From the human T2T-CHM13v2.0 reference genome, Homo sapiens, in the NCBI RefSeq assembly GCF_009914755.1, contig NC_060925.1: a DNA stretch of 64,000 bases; one strand, 5' to 3'. The translations under genes and the position numbers were made by a program. The notes under the pieces were generated by a model. That model searched no databases. It was not told the DNA's origin and saw nothing but the letters and a program-made list of their open reading frames with translations. Position 1 is the stretch's first letter, and each line of letters begins with the position of its first letter. Below, piece by piece: positions 21,265 through 38,533 of this stretch.

Positions 21265-21398
21265 TCATGAAAGATTCTGGCCAGCACCACTCAGCTAAGC
21301 TGCTCCTGAATTTCTGACCCACAAAAACTGTGGGAAGTAATGTTTGTTGGTTTTAGCCACTGTTTTGGGGTGATTTGCTATGCGAGCAATAAAAAATT
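21265..21398 (+). mobile_element. MLT1 LTR 3' fragment
   Basis: tttctgacccacaaaaactgtg...tgtttgttggttttagccactgttttggggtgatttgcta. Confidence 0.65.
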
Positions 21399-21718
21399 AA
21401 GAGTCCCCCAAGTTTTAGGGTAGTGGTTCATGGCTCTGGCTAGGCATCAGAATTCCCCATGAATGTTAAGAAAAAAATGCAAAGGAATTTGCCGTGAAAC
21501 AATATGTGTTCAGTGGTTAGAGACTGAGCTCAGGAGTCAGAGAGGCTGGACTTGAATGCGGATGCTGCCACTTACTAGCTGTGTAGACTTGGGTAAGTGA
21601 CTTTATCTATGCCAGCTTTCGTTTCTCCATCTATAAGCTGGTGGTAATAGAACTTACTTTCTTAGGATTGTTAGGAAGACTAACAAGAGCATTTATGTTG
21701 ATTCTGTCCAGTAGGTAA

Positions 21719-22300
<582 letters not shown>

Positions 22301-22560
22301 CAGATGCGTGGGCTCCAGGTTCCAATGAATTATAACCTGTTACGCAGGTAGAGCCCAGGAATCTGTATTTTATTTAAAAAATTTATACGTATATATGTTT
22401 ATAAACTTTATTTTAGGAGACAGGATCTCACTATGTTGCCCAGGCTAGACTCAAACTCCTGGTCTCAAGGGATCCTCTTGTCTCAGCCTCCCAAGTAGCT
22501 AGGACTACAGGTGCACCCCACTGAGCCTAGTGGAATCTATATTTTATTTTATTATTATAA

Positions 22561-22770
<210 letters not shown>

Positions 22771-23313
22771 TGAACTCCTGGCCTTTAGTGATCCGCCGAC
22801 CTCAGCCTCCCAAAGTGTTGGTATTACAGGCATGAGACACTGTGCCTAGCTGTATCTGTATTTTAGAAAGGCATCCCAAGTATAGTGAAGGTTGAGAAGC
22901 TCTATCCCAGAATGTCAGCAGTAAAGCAGCCAATGAGTATCATGCAAGCAAAGTCCAGCCCTCTCATTTCACAGATGACATCACCAAGAGCAGAGTGAGA
23001 GTAGTTCCCCAAGGTCACAGGTTGTTGACAGAGAAAGAACTAGTGCCAACAGTAGTGTCGGATACCCAACACAAGGCTCCCTGGAGCTCCAGCTGGCCTG
23101 GGCCTGCTCAGTCTCATTCCAGGGCTGACTGAGGGGAACTGCTGAGTCACTGGAACTGAGGCCCAAGGCAGGGTGTGGCCTCCATCGCCTGGTTAGGGGT
23201 GGGGCAGAGTGGGACTGCCCCCACCTCCTCTGGGTGACTGAGGCTGAGGCCGGAAGAGGGACAGGCAGAGAGCTCAGACTGCCTCCCCATTCGTGGGACC
23301 CCCTCCCTTCACG

Positions 23314-25205
<1,892 letters not shown>

Positions 25206-25355
25206 CCAGGACCCCAGTCTTTGACCAAACTAATCTAGTGGTGAAGTTAAACCAATGCTCAATTTCAGGAATTGGGTTATAGCCTTTGAAATGGCTAATC
25301 CATTTTTAAAAATTTTCAGATTGTCAGTAATAAATAAAATTAAGCTTAAATGTAA

Positions 25356-25921
<566 letters not shown>

Positions 25922-26336
25922 TGATTCACCTGCATAAGCCTCCCAAAGTGCTGGGATTACAGGCGTGAGCTGCCGCACCTGGCTTGAGAAAATACTCTTA
26001 AAGCCAGCTCTTGATATGAGGGAGCTGGCAGGCATAATTTGACAGCGTCTTGAAGACAGTGACATAGGTGGGTTTCAAAGCTGTTTGAATGCCTCTTCAC
26101 CAGGGCCTAAGATTTCCCAAACCTGGATCACCTGGGGCACTGGTGAAAAGCACAGATTCCCATCACTGCCTAGGGGATGTTGGATTCAGTGTGTCTCAGA
26201 GTAATTGGGGCTCAGGAATCTGGATTTTAAGGGATTCTTAAATTCTGCAAGACTGGGCCAGGCATGGTGGCTCATGCCTGTAATCCCAGCACTTTGGGAA
26301 GCCTAGGTGGGTGGATCGCCTGAAGTCAGGAGTTCA

Positions 26337-26639
<303 letters not shown>

Positions 26640-27306
26640 CTACTTCATCCCTAATCTGTTTAGAAGTTGCAAGACTCACATTCCAATGCACTGAAGAAAA
26701 CATTATGTCCCTAAGTCCCAGTAGACTGTTGTGCTTGTCAAATGCACCATGGGTCAATTCACATTTCATTGCTTCAAAGAATGCCATGGGCACCTTTATG
26801 ACTCGGCAGTTATTGGAAGATGGTCAGCCCTACCTGGATTATTTTAATATGCAGAAGTTGTTGGAAGATGGCCTCAGGATGGCAGGAGCTGGGGGAACAT
26901 CCACTGGACTGCCTGGGAGGACTAGCTCAACTGGTTCCAGAGTGGGGAATTTAATATTTGGATCCAGGTCTGCCTGACTCCTGCAGTTCATGCTGATTAT
27001 TACTGTACTAGCTCTCCCAAGTTAATACACAGAGTGCTCATCATCACACACATGAGACACATGCCTACATGCAGAAGTGAGACACGCTAGGCCTCTTGCA
27101 GACAGAACATTGCTTCCTGCTTTCCTCCTCTAGCCTAACCTTCCAGCCCTGCCCACTCTCTCTAAAGTATGGCTCTAATTGATTAGCTTGTGATGGAAAT
27201 CCTTCAATGGTTCCCCATCGCTATCACTCAGGCTGATGCATTGATTCAACAATCAGGACTGCTGTAACCTAGATACAACTCTCTTTTTTTTGAGATTGGG
27301 TCTTTA

Positions 27307-27585
<279 letters not shown>

Positions 27586-27593
27586 TCAAAAAA

Positions 27594-27624
<31 letters not shown>

Positions 27625-27915
27625 GAAAGAGAGAGAGATGGGAGAGTTGGGGTCTTGCTCTGTCACCCAGGCTGGAGTGCAGTGGTATGATAAGAGCTCA
27701 CTGCAGGCTTAAACTCCTGGGCTCAAGCTATCCTCCTGAGCACACACCTGTGGTCCCAGCTACTCAGGAGGCTGAAGAGGGAAGATCGCTTGAGCCTAGA
27801 AGGGCAAGGCTGCAGTGAGCCATGATTATGCTACTGCACTCCAGCCTGGGTGATAGAGCAAGACCCTGTCTCTCATCTCAAAAAAAAAAGAAAAAAGAAA
27901 AAGAGGTGCATTGGA

Positions 27916-29819
27916 CTCTCCCTCTCCCTCTCCGTCTCCCTCTCCGTCTGCCTCTCCCCTTTCCACGGTCTCCCCTCTCCCTCTCTTTCCACGGTCTCCC
28001 TCTCATGCCCAGCTGAAGCTGGACTGTACTGCCGCCATCTCGGCTCACTGCAGCCTCCCTGCCTGATTCGCCTGCCTCAGCCTGCCGAGTGCCTGCGATT
28101 GCAGATGCGCGCCGCCACGCCTGACTGGTTTTCGTATTTTTTTGGTGGAGACGGGGTTTCGCTGTGTTGGCCGGGCTGGTCTCCAGCTCCTAACCGCGAG
28201 TGATCCGCCAGCCTCGGCCTCCCGAGGTGCCGGGATTGCAGACAGAGTCTCGTTCACTCAGTGCTCAATGGTGCCCAGGCTGGAGTGCAGTGGCGTGATC
28301 TCGGCTCGCTGCAGCCTCCATCTCCCAGCCGCCTGCCTTGGCCTCCCAAAGTGCCGAGATTGCAGCCTCTGCCCGGCCGCCACCCTGTCTGGGAAGTGAG
28401 GAGCGTCTCTGCCTGGCCGCCCATCGTCTGGGATGTGAGGAGCCCCTCTGCCTGGCTGCCCAGTCTGGAAAGTGAAGAGGTCTCTGCCCGGCCGCCATCC
28501 CATCTAGGAAGTGAGGAGCGTCTCTGCCCGGCCGCCCATCGTCTGAGATGTGGGGAGCGCCTCAGCCCCGCTGCCCCGTCTGGGATGTGAGAAGCGCCTC
28601 TGCCCGGCCGCGACCCCATCTGGGAGGCGAGGAGCGTCTCTGCCCGGCCGCCCCGTCTGAGAAGAGAGGAGACCCTCCGCCTGGCAACCGCCCCGTCTGA
28701 GAAGTGAGGAGCCCCTCCGCCCGGCTAACACCCCGTCTGGGAAGTGAGGAGCGTCTCCGCCCGGCAGCCACCCCGTCCGGGAGGGAGGTGGGGGTGTCAG
28801 CCCCCCTCCCGGCCAGCCGCCCCGTCCGGGAGGGAGGTGGGGGGGTCAGCCCCCTGCCCGGCCAGCCGCCCCATCTGGGAGGGAGGTGGGGGGGTCAGCC
28901 CACCGCCCGGCCAGCCGCCCTGTCCGGGAGGTGAGGGGCGCCTCTGCCCGGCCGCCCCTACTGGGAAGTGAGGAGCCCCTCTGCCCGGCCAGCCGCCCCG
29001 TCCGGGAGAGAGGTGGGGGTGTCAGCCCCCCGCCCGGCCAGCCACCCCGTCCGGGAGGGAGGTGGGGGGGTCAGCCCCCCGCCCGGCCAGCCGCCCCGTC
29101 CGGGAGGTGAGGGGCGCCTCTGCCCGGCCGCCCCTACTGGGAAGTGAGGAGCCCCTCTGCCCGGCCAGCCGCCCCGTCCGGGAAGGAGGTGGGGGGGTCA
29201 GCCCCCCGCCTGGCCAGCCACCCCGTCCGGGAGGTGAGGGGCACCTCTGCCTGGCCGCCCCTACTGGGAAGTGAGGAGCCCCTCTGCCCGGCGGCCACCC
29301 CGTCTGGGAGGTGTGCCCAGCAGCTCATTGAGAACGGGCCATGATGGCAATGGCGGTTTTGTGGAATAGAAAAGGGGGAAAGGTGGGGAAAAGATTGAGA
29401 AATCGGATGGTTGCTGTGTCTGTGTGGAAAGAAGTAGACATGGGAGACTTTTCATTTTGTTCTGTACTAAGAAAAATTCTTCTGCCTTGGGATCCTGTTG
29501 ATCTATGACCTTACCCCCAACCCTGTGCTCTCTGAAACATGTGCTGTGTCCACTCAGGGTTAAATGGATTAAGAGCGGTGCAAGATGTGCTTTGTTTAAC
29601 AGATGCTTGAAGGCAGCATGCTCGTTAAGAGTCATCACCACTCCCTAATCTCAAGTACCCAGGGACACAAACACTCTGCCTAGGAAAACCAGAGACCTTT
29701 GTTCACTTGTTTATCTGCTGACCTTCCCTCTACTATTGTCCTATGACCCTGCCAAATCCCCCTCTGCGAGAAACACCCAAGAATGATCAATTTAAAAAAA
29801 AAAAAAAGAAAAAGAAAAA
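27916..29819 (+). mobile_element. Full-length SVA retrotransposon (SVA_C/D-like): CCCTCT hexamers, antisense Alu-like domain, GC-rich VNTR (~28365-29310), SINE-R, poly(A)
   Basis: All canonical SVA domains are read in order. Confidence 0.97.
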
Positions 29820-30387
29820 TAGAAATAGGAAACGAATATAAACAAATATATTATCTACTGAAGCCTTCTCCAACCAATTCGTCTCCAACTATTCTTACCC
29901 GGCCACTATGTATTTTCCTACCTCCACCATTTTGCTCATGCTGTTGCCTCTGCTGGGGCACTCAGATCTCTCTCCTGAACTCCTATTAATGATTGCCTTT
30001 CACTCTACTCTGTGCCCTCAGCATTGACTGCCCGCTATCAGCAGAAGATCAGAAGCTCCTTGGAGGTTCTGTGTCTGTGGCTTATTTTCCTCTGGACCCC
30101 ATGGTCAGGAGTGGTCCACAGGGGTTTGCATAACTGACCTGGGGCATCATTATTTAAGGACCTCTGATTCTTACCTGCCAGCTGCATTAAGACCTGTCAC
30201 CATGGAAGAAAAAGAGGATGCTCCACAGGAATTATTGGGGGAGGAGTTCCAAGATTAAGTGAAAGAGGCCAGGTGTGGTGGCTTACTCCTGTAATCCCAG
30301 CATTTTAGGAGGCCAAGGCAGGTGGATCACTTGAAGTCAGAAGTTCGAGACCAGCCTGGCCAACATGGCGAAACCCGATCTCCACTA

Positions 30388-30618
<231 letters not shown>

Positions 30619-31917
30619 CTATCTCAAGGGGGGGGAAAAAAAGCAGGGGGTCAAAGAGTAAGTAGAATATGTTGCCATTTGTGTGAAAAACAAAAAAATG
30701 TGTAATTTTGTTTGTTTGTTTTTGAGACAGTCTTACTCTGTTTCCCAGGCTGTAGTGCAGTGGCACAATCTCAGCTCTCACTGCAACCTCAACTTCTTGG
30801 GCTCAAGCAATCCTCCTGACTCAGCCTCCTGAGCAGCTGGGACTAAAGGCATGTGCCACTCGATGCTCAGCTAATTTTTACATTTTTCTTTTTTTTAAAG
30901 AAATGAGGTCTCCCTATGTTGCCCAAGGTGAGTCTGGAACTCCGGGGCTCAAGCAGTCCTCCTGCTTCTGCCTCCAAAAGTGCTGGGATTACAAGCATGA
31001 GCCATCATGCCTGACCAAAAATTGTATAATTTAAAAAAGGCCTATCCTTAGAAAGATATGAAAAAAAGGTATGAGTATATAATCCCACTGGGACCTTCTG
31101 ACTTCTGTACCTTATATACATATTACCCGTTCACCCACATACCTGCCGACACACAAATTAAAACATTCTAAATACTGATTCTTGCGCTGTATCCCCAGAA
31201 AAGTATCCAGGATATCAAAGGTTGGATGCAGGAATCCGTGTCTAAAGCACTGTGTGTCACTTCATTCCACACCCGGAACTGAATTCTCAGGAAGAGCCAA
31301 GATGCAAAGGATATTTGAAAGCATAAACTTAAAATGCATTTTATCAGGAAAATAAGTAGGAAGATCTCTAAGGGATTATGAAGCCACATTTGGGAACCCA
31401 CTGATTTTGTTTGACCTCTGCTTTTTTTTTTTTTTTTTTTTTTGGATGAGTATAGAGAGGGAGAGTGAGTTGCCTAAAGCTACACACCCAGTCAGAGTTA
31501 CAGGCCAGTGCCCCAGGATTTGTTTCTTTTTTATTGTTTTGAGATGGAGTCTTGCTCTATCACCCAGGCTGGGGTAGAGTGGCGCCATCTGAGCTCACTC
31601 CACCTCTGCATCCCAAGTTCAAGTGATTCTCCTTCCTCAGCCTCCCGGCCCTGCCTAATTTTTGTATTTTTAGTAGAGACAGGGTTTCATCATGTTGGCC
31701 AGGCTGGTCTCAAACTCCTGACCTCGCGTGATCTGCCCACCTCAGCCTTCAAAAGTGTTGGGATTACAGGCATGAGCCACCGTGCCTGGCCACCCCAGGA
31801 ATATTTGATAACATCAACATCAAATCATTCCTGCCTGCCCTCATGCAGGGACTTCTCACTTAGAAAGTTCTATAGACCCAATGGGCAGGACAGGAAGATA
31901 GAGAAGAAAACACCATC

Positions 31918-31923
31918 TTTAAT
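31918..31923 (-). terminator. NKAIN1 polyadenylation signal ATTAAA
   Basis: tttaat on plus; followed on the minus strand by pyrimidine/U-rich sequence (gttttcttctctatcttcctgt). Confidence 0.75.
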
Positions 31924-33679
31924 CAACCCGCCTGCACAGAAACCAGGAGAGCACTCCCCTCCTTGCAAGGTCCCAGTGAAAAGAGAACCTGGTCCCCTTG
32001 CAAAAACCATCTTATAAAAACAAAAGGCTTCAAAGCACCAGTGGCTACACCCGTTGAGTAGAAAGGGGCTTGGGGGAGAGTTGGGGTGAGAGAGGTGAGG
32101 GCTGGAGGCAGGGCTGGCCCAGTGAAGGGCAGTAGCTTAGCCTGAGGGAGCTGCCCCCCTCTCAAGCTGTACCCACCAGCTGGGAGCTCCATGCCTGTGG
32201 GGGCCAGAGGAACTCCTGGGCCTGGCTGCTTGCATTTGGGATGGTGGGGTGGGGTTGCCAGCCTTGCTCAGGATATTTTGGCCTTAGAGAGTAGGGAATG
32301 ATAGATTGGAGGGTAGTGGGAGAGGAGCGGAATGGTCACCACAGACAGGCTCAGGTGTGCAAACCATCTGCACCATCTGGGTGCCCCCCAGTTCCTCCAT
32401 GTCTCCTGCCCTCCTTTCTAACCCAGGGCCATGCCTCTTTCACAGATGAAATGCTGAGACCTGATCCTCTCTCTATGGACGCACCAGGCAGTGCGTGGGA
32501 TGCAGCGTCCTCAGGAGTGTCTGTGGAGGGAGGTGGGGAAAGTGTTCTCACCTCTACTTGCCCCCAAGGAAGGGTGAGGGTGCTGGCAATCCCGACTCCC
32601 CGACTACTCACACCCCCATCTGCCCCTTCAGAACTCCTTCTGGGCTTGTTAGAGGAGGCTTCTGGCCATTGGATTGGTTGTAAATGCTGGTGATCTGTAA
32701 ACACTGGAGTCTGGGCAGCGCTGACCAGCATTGCTCCTCTCTGAAACCACAAGCCTTCCAACTGGTGAGGTGGATGGAGCCGTCAGGGGTGAGTGGAGTT
32801 GTGGAGGTGATGGGGATACAGTAGAACCAGCCTCAGGGACCTGGAAGGGGGTGGAGTGACTGAGTTGGGGCCCCACTTTCCTGGAGGAGAGAGCTTGAAA
32901 GATTTGCCAAGGGTGGACAGAGGCTGAGTGTAGGAAGGCTTCTCTGTGGGTGGGGCTGAATTTGGGGCTTCATCCATCCAGTTCCCAATAAGAGAACGAA
33001 TGGGTATATTGCTTTAAGAGAGGCATTGGCAAGTGGTGGTGGTGGTGTGTGAATATGGTGGAGACCACATAGGTCCAAGATGGAGGGGGGCTTGGAAATG
33101 GAACTCAGAGAGCAGACACTGGGTTTTACAGTCAGAAACTGCAGAAAGTACACTGTGTTCAAGGCCCACTTCCACCAAAAATCTAGCTGTGTGGCCTCAA
33201 GCAAATCACATCTCTGGGCCTCAGTTTTAATGTACTGCAAAATGAGAATTTTAATCCCAGTCTAGCTCAGGGAATTGAGTTAAATGAGAAGTCTAAAAGA
33301 GTCCATTTGCTAAGGGATTAATTACTTGAGGTGCGGAAACCGAGGCTCAGAGAGGGCAAGGGCTTTGCTAGACGTCACAGTCAGTGATGGACCTGCGATT
33401 AGAACCCAGGAATCCTGCTCCTAGTTCACAGTAGCTTTCCCCAGAGCTGGTGAGTGAGTGTGGTGGGATGGGATGGGTCTGATGTCCTGCTGTTTTTGGA
33501 CAGGGGGGCAGGATGCTGGGTGAAGAGTGAAAGGGAGAGGCTGGAGAAGAGAGGAAGGCCCCAGCTCACGCCAAGGCTGAGATTAAAAACAAACAAACAA
33601 AAAACAAAAAACCCGTGGTGCCCCTCCCCCGCCCCGCCCCACTCCTCCGAAGTCCGGGCTGCGAAGAGCCAAGCTCAAA

Positions 33680-33715
33680 TCCAAGTCCAAGTCCAAGTCC
33701 ACGTCCAAGTCCGCA
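33680..33715 (-). repeat. Imperfect (CTTGGA)6 hexamer repeat in the NKAIN1 3'UTR
   Basis: Plus strand reads tccaag tccaag tccaag tccacg tccaag tccgca. Confidence 0.9.
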
Positions 33716-33856
33716 TCTCCAGATGCAGACGCGGGGTTGGGCACAGGCTGCAGTGAGCGCGCGGGCCACCAGGGGGACACGCCTGCGCCTTGGCCCGAGC
33801 TCGCGGCAGCTGCGGTCAGCCCAGGGCGAGGCGCCGGGGTGGGCGCGGGGCAGAGG

Positions 33857-33866
33857 CTACCCCGAC
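33857..33866 (-). CDS. NKAIN1: NKAIN1 terminal exon 7 coding part: (T)SG-stop (TAG at 33859-33857)
   Basis: Acceptor ttcccgcag|G TCG GGG TAG completes the C-terminus PLYTSG. Confidence 0.93.
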
Positions 33867-33889
33867 CTGCGGGAAACAAAGGCAGGTTA

Positions 33890-34240
<351 letters not shown>

Positions 34241-34617
34241 TCAGACCCCGTGCAGGGCCTGGGGCGGGGCTTCGGCTGGACCCTGAGGGATGGGCCTCTG
34301 GGGGTCTGGAGGCGGCGAGGCCGGGCCAGCTGAGGGTCAGGCCCCAGTCCTTAAGGCTTGGGCCTGGGAGGCCGGGCAGTCCTATGGGAGAGAAGGCTCT
34401 CAGGGGCGGGGCTAGAGCCTCTAAACGGGACAAGACCTCTGATGGGGTGGGGCGAGATTGGGGAAAGGGGGTGCTGGGGCCAGGGACTGGGCACCTGGAC
34501 GTCTGGACCCCAGCCTGGAACGGGCTGGTATGCAGAGCCTTCCATACCAGCCGCCTCTTCCCCTCGAAAGGGGCCCGTGGCCGACCCTGGGCTCCCTCCC
34601 GCCGGGGCCAGTCACAG

Positions 34618-34638
34618 GCCTCTGTCCAGGGTGCTGAA
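34618..34638 (-). promoter_or_regulatory. RE1/NRSE (REST-binding) motif TTCAGCACCCTGGACAGAGGC in NKAIN1 intron 5
   Basis: Matches consensus TTCAGCACCnnGGACAGCGCC with both half-site cores intact and canonical 2-nt spacer. Confidence 0.75.
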
Positions 34639-34683
34639 GGCGCAGGGCCAGATTCCCCACTTCCCCAGGGGCGCCTTACTCAC

Positions 34684-34744
34684 AGCTGTCCTCCTCCTCC
34701 AGGAACACTTTGCTCACGTAGCAGGCGAACACGAAGCCGAACAG
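34684..34744 (-). CDS. NKAIN1: NKAIN1 coding exon 5 (61 nt, phase 0-1): LFGFVFACYVSKVFLEEEDS
   Basis: Acceptor ctcccag|CTG, donor AGCT|gtgagt; lies in ORF 34676..34879. Confidence 0.96.
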
Positions 34745-35586
34745 CTGGGAGTGGAGATGACACGTCAGGGAGGAAGGAGGAGTGGGAACCTCTTCCTCCG
34801 CCCCCTGCCGGGCCCTGTACGCTCTGACTGGCAAGGGAGGAGGCATGCCAGGATGAAGGCAAACCGTAACAACTTCCAATTAAATGTTTTCACCTTAAAG
34901 TCAAACATACATGGTCTAACTCTTCTGAAAGTGTAACTTGAGACAAGTAATCATTTTACCTCTTTGAGCCTCAGTTTTCCCACTTGGACTTGGGCAATAC
35001 CTTATGGCTTGTTAAGAAGAAAGAGGATTATGTGACTTTGTGGGTACAAAGTGCCTAGGACAGGGCTGGCCCTTCTAGAAACAGGAACTACTCCTATCTT
35101 GGAGTTTCTTTCTTTCTTTTTTTTTTCTTCCCTTCCCTTCCCTTCCTTTCCTTCTTTCTTTCAGACAGGGTCTCACTCTGTCACCCAGGCTGTAGTGCAG
35201 TGCTGCAATCATGGCTCACTTCAGCTTCAACCTCCTGGGCTCAAGTGATCCTCCTGCCTCAACCTCTCAAGTAGCTGGGTCCACAGGCATGAGGCATCAC
35301 GCCCACTGGGGTCACTTTCTTATTCTCACAACTCTGAGGCTGGTATTGTCATTCTTTTTTGTGAATAAGGAAACAAGCTCCGAGAAGGCAGGTGACTTGT
35401 CCAAAGTCACATAGTGGGTGTATTGAGCACTTAAACCCAGGATTGATTCATAGTCTGATGCCTCATCCTACTCACTAAACCTGTTCACTCTGCACAGGGG
35501 CTGGGGCAGCGGTGAGGGAAGACGGTACAGGATATGGAAACAGATCCAGACAAAAGGACAGACAGGCGGAAGACCTAGGTTCATTC

Positions 35587-36266
<680 letters not shown>

Positions 36267-36281
36267 TCAGGGAGCCTGCAC

Positions 36282-36315
36282 CTGCAAGTCCATATTTGAC
36301 CAACAGGTGGCACTT
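36282..36315 (+). promoter_or_regulatory. CTCF motif (core TGACCAACAGGTGGCACTT plus upstream CTGCAAGTCC) in NKAIN1 intron 3
   Basis: Close match to the CTCF core consensus with an upstream module 5 nt away. Confidence 0.6.
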
Positions 36316-37327
36316 AATGACCACACAGGCCTCACTCTTTTGTCACTGAGATGGGAAGGGGTTTGTGTGGACTCACAGGGGCCTCAGAATTTTCAGAGCT
36401 GGAAGGAACATTAACAATTTCCCAGCCACAGGTGAAATCCTCAGTACCAGCCCCTTAACAGCCCATTCAGTATCTCCACTGCTCCCCCTGTGTGCGACCC
36501 TGGGCGAACCTCTCCTTTGGGGCCTTGGTCTCCACATTTGTTAAATGGAGAAGGGGCTGGCCTAGATCAGAAGTTCTTACCCAGGGTGTGTACCCATGTG
36601 CCCATCCATGCAGTCACTCATTCAACAGATAAATACTCACTGCCTGCCGACCAGGGGCCAAGCACTCAGATGTGTGACCTTATTTTATCCCCTCAGCAAC
36701 CACATGAAGTTGCAGTTGCTCTTATGTCCACTTACTAGATGAGGAAACTGGGGCTCAGAGAGGATCAGCCACTTGCCCAGGGTAATACAGCTAGAAGGTT
36801 TTAGAGCTGGGATTTGAATCTAGCAGGGTCAAACTACAAAGCCAATGCTCTTAAATTCACATATTTTGCCTCTTTTATATCTAAAAATAGAAGTTGTGTC
36901 TCTCTGGGCTTGCTCTTATTCAAGCGAAACAGTCCTACTTTCTTGGTCTGCTCAATCTTCCCTGAACAAACTCTAACTAGTCTCTTTCCCTTCTGAAAAA
37001 TATTGATCAGAATTAACCCAAATCTTTGTGGTCTAAGCACTACAAAGCGCATGGCATTTTCACCTCCCTTGCTCTGAATACTCTACCTCTATTAGCGGGG
37101 CCTAAGAGTAGCTTTCTGGGCTCCCACATACTGTTGGTTTTTACTGAGCTTGTGATCAACTGGGACCCCTGGCTCATCTTCACATGGACTGCTCTTCAGC
37201 CTTATCTGCTCCATCATTGTGTTTGAGGAAGCCAGAAATAAATTGTGTAAGTAGGAAATGGGGCACACAGATTATTTGGGCATGTAAGGAGAGAGAGACT
37301 TCTTCGAGACATGATGCTCTGGTCCTA

Positions 37328-37504
<177 letters not shown>

Positions 37505-38236
37505 TCAGGGTGGGGCCTGGGGAGTGGGGGATGGGGAGTGTCAATGGAGACAGAGCTCAGGGATGAGGAGATCTGGGCAGGGGAAATTATGAGAATACCT
37601 CACTCAGAGAGCACAGTGTAGCTTACAAATCATTTACACACCCATCAGGCCTTACAACAGCCCTGCAAGGTCAGCACTGCCCTCTTTTAGAGAGAACTAA
37701 CTTAAAACTGAAAGGAAGTTTAAGGTTTCTAAGATCACACAGCTAGGAGGAGGTAGGGCTGCCACTCAAATCAAGTTCTCTGATAGCTAATCCCATCCAC
37801 TGTGCTAACAACATCCTCTAGACCAGCTGTCTCTAGAATACTGGAATCATTCAAGGATGTTTGTCAAAAATGCAGATTCTTGGGTCCTACCTCTAGACCT
37901 ACTGATTCTGAATTTCTAGGGATGTTTAAAAGGGATTGCTTAAGCAATCCCTAGGAGATTGTGACTCAGATGACACTTTCAGAAACATGTTCCAGGTGGT
38001 AAGCCACTAGAGGGCGAGGACTCTGACTGCCTGGCTCACCACTGCAATGCCAATGCCTAGCACAGAATAGCTGGATGAACCCATTAAGACTATAGGAAAT
38101 GGGCCAGGTGCAGTGGCTCATACCTGTAGTCCTAGCACTTTGGGAGGCTGAGGTGGGCAGATCATTTGAGCTCAGGAGTTCAAGACCAGCCTGGGCAATA
38201 TGGAGAAAACCCATATTTAAAAAAAAAAAAAAAAGA

Positions 38237-38533
<297 letters not shown>

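Larger units (their letters stand above)
31899..33856 (-). other. NKAIN1: NKAIN1 3'UTR (~1.95 kb; distal end approximate)
   Basis: Alu-free unique sequence between the stop codon and the ATTAAA signal; contains MIR remnants at ~33170-33430. Confidence 0.75.

Noticed and set aside
28365-29310. Regular ~40-50 bp GC-rich repeats resembling an array
   Set aside because: This is the SVA VNTR; there are no unique spacers and the context is eukaryotic, so it is not CRISPR
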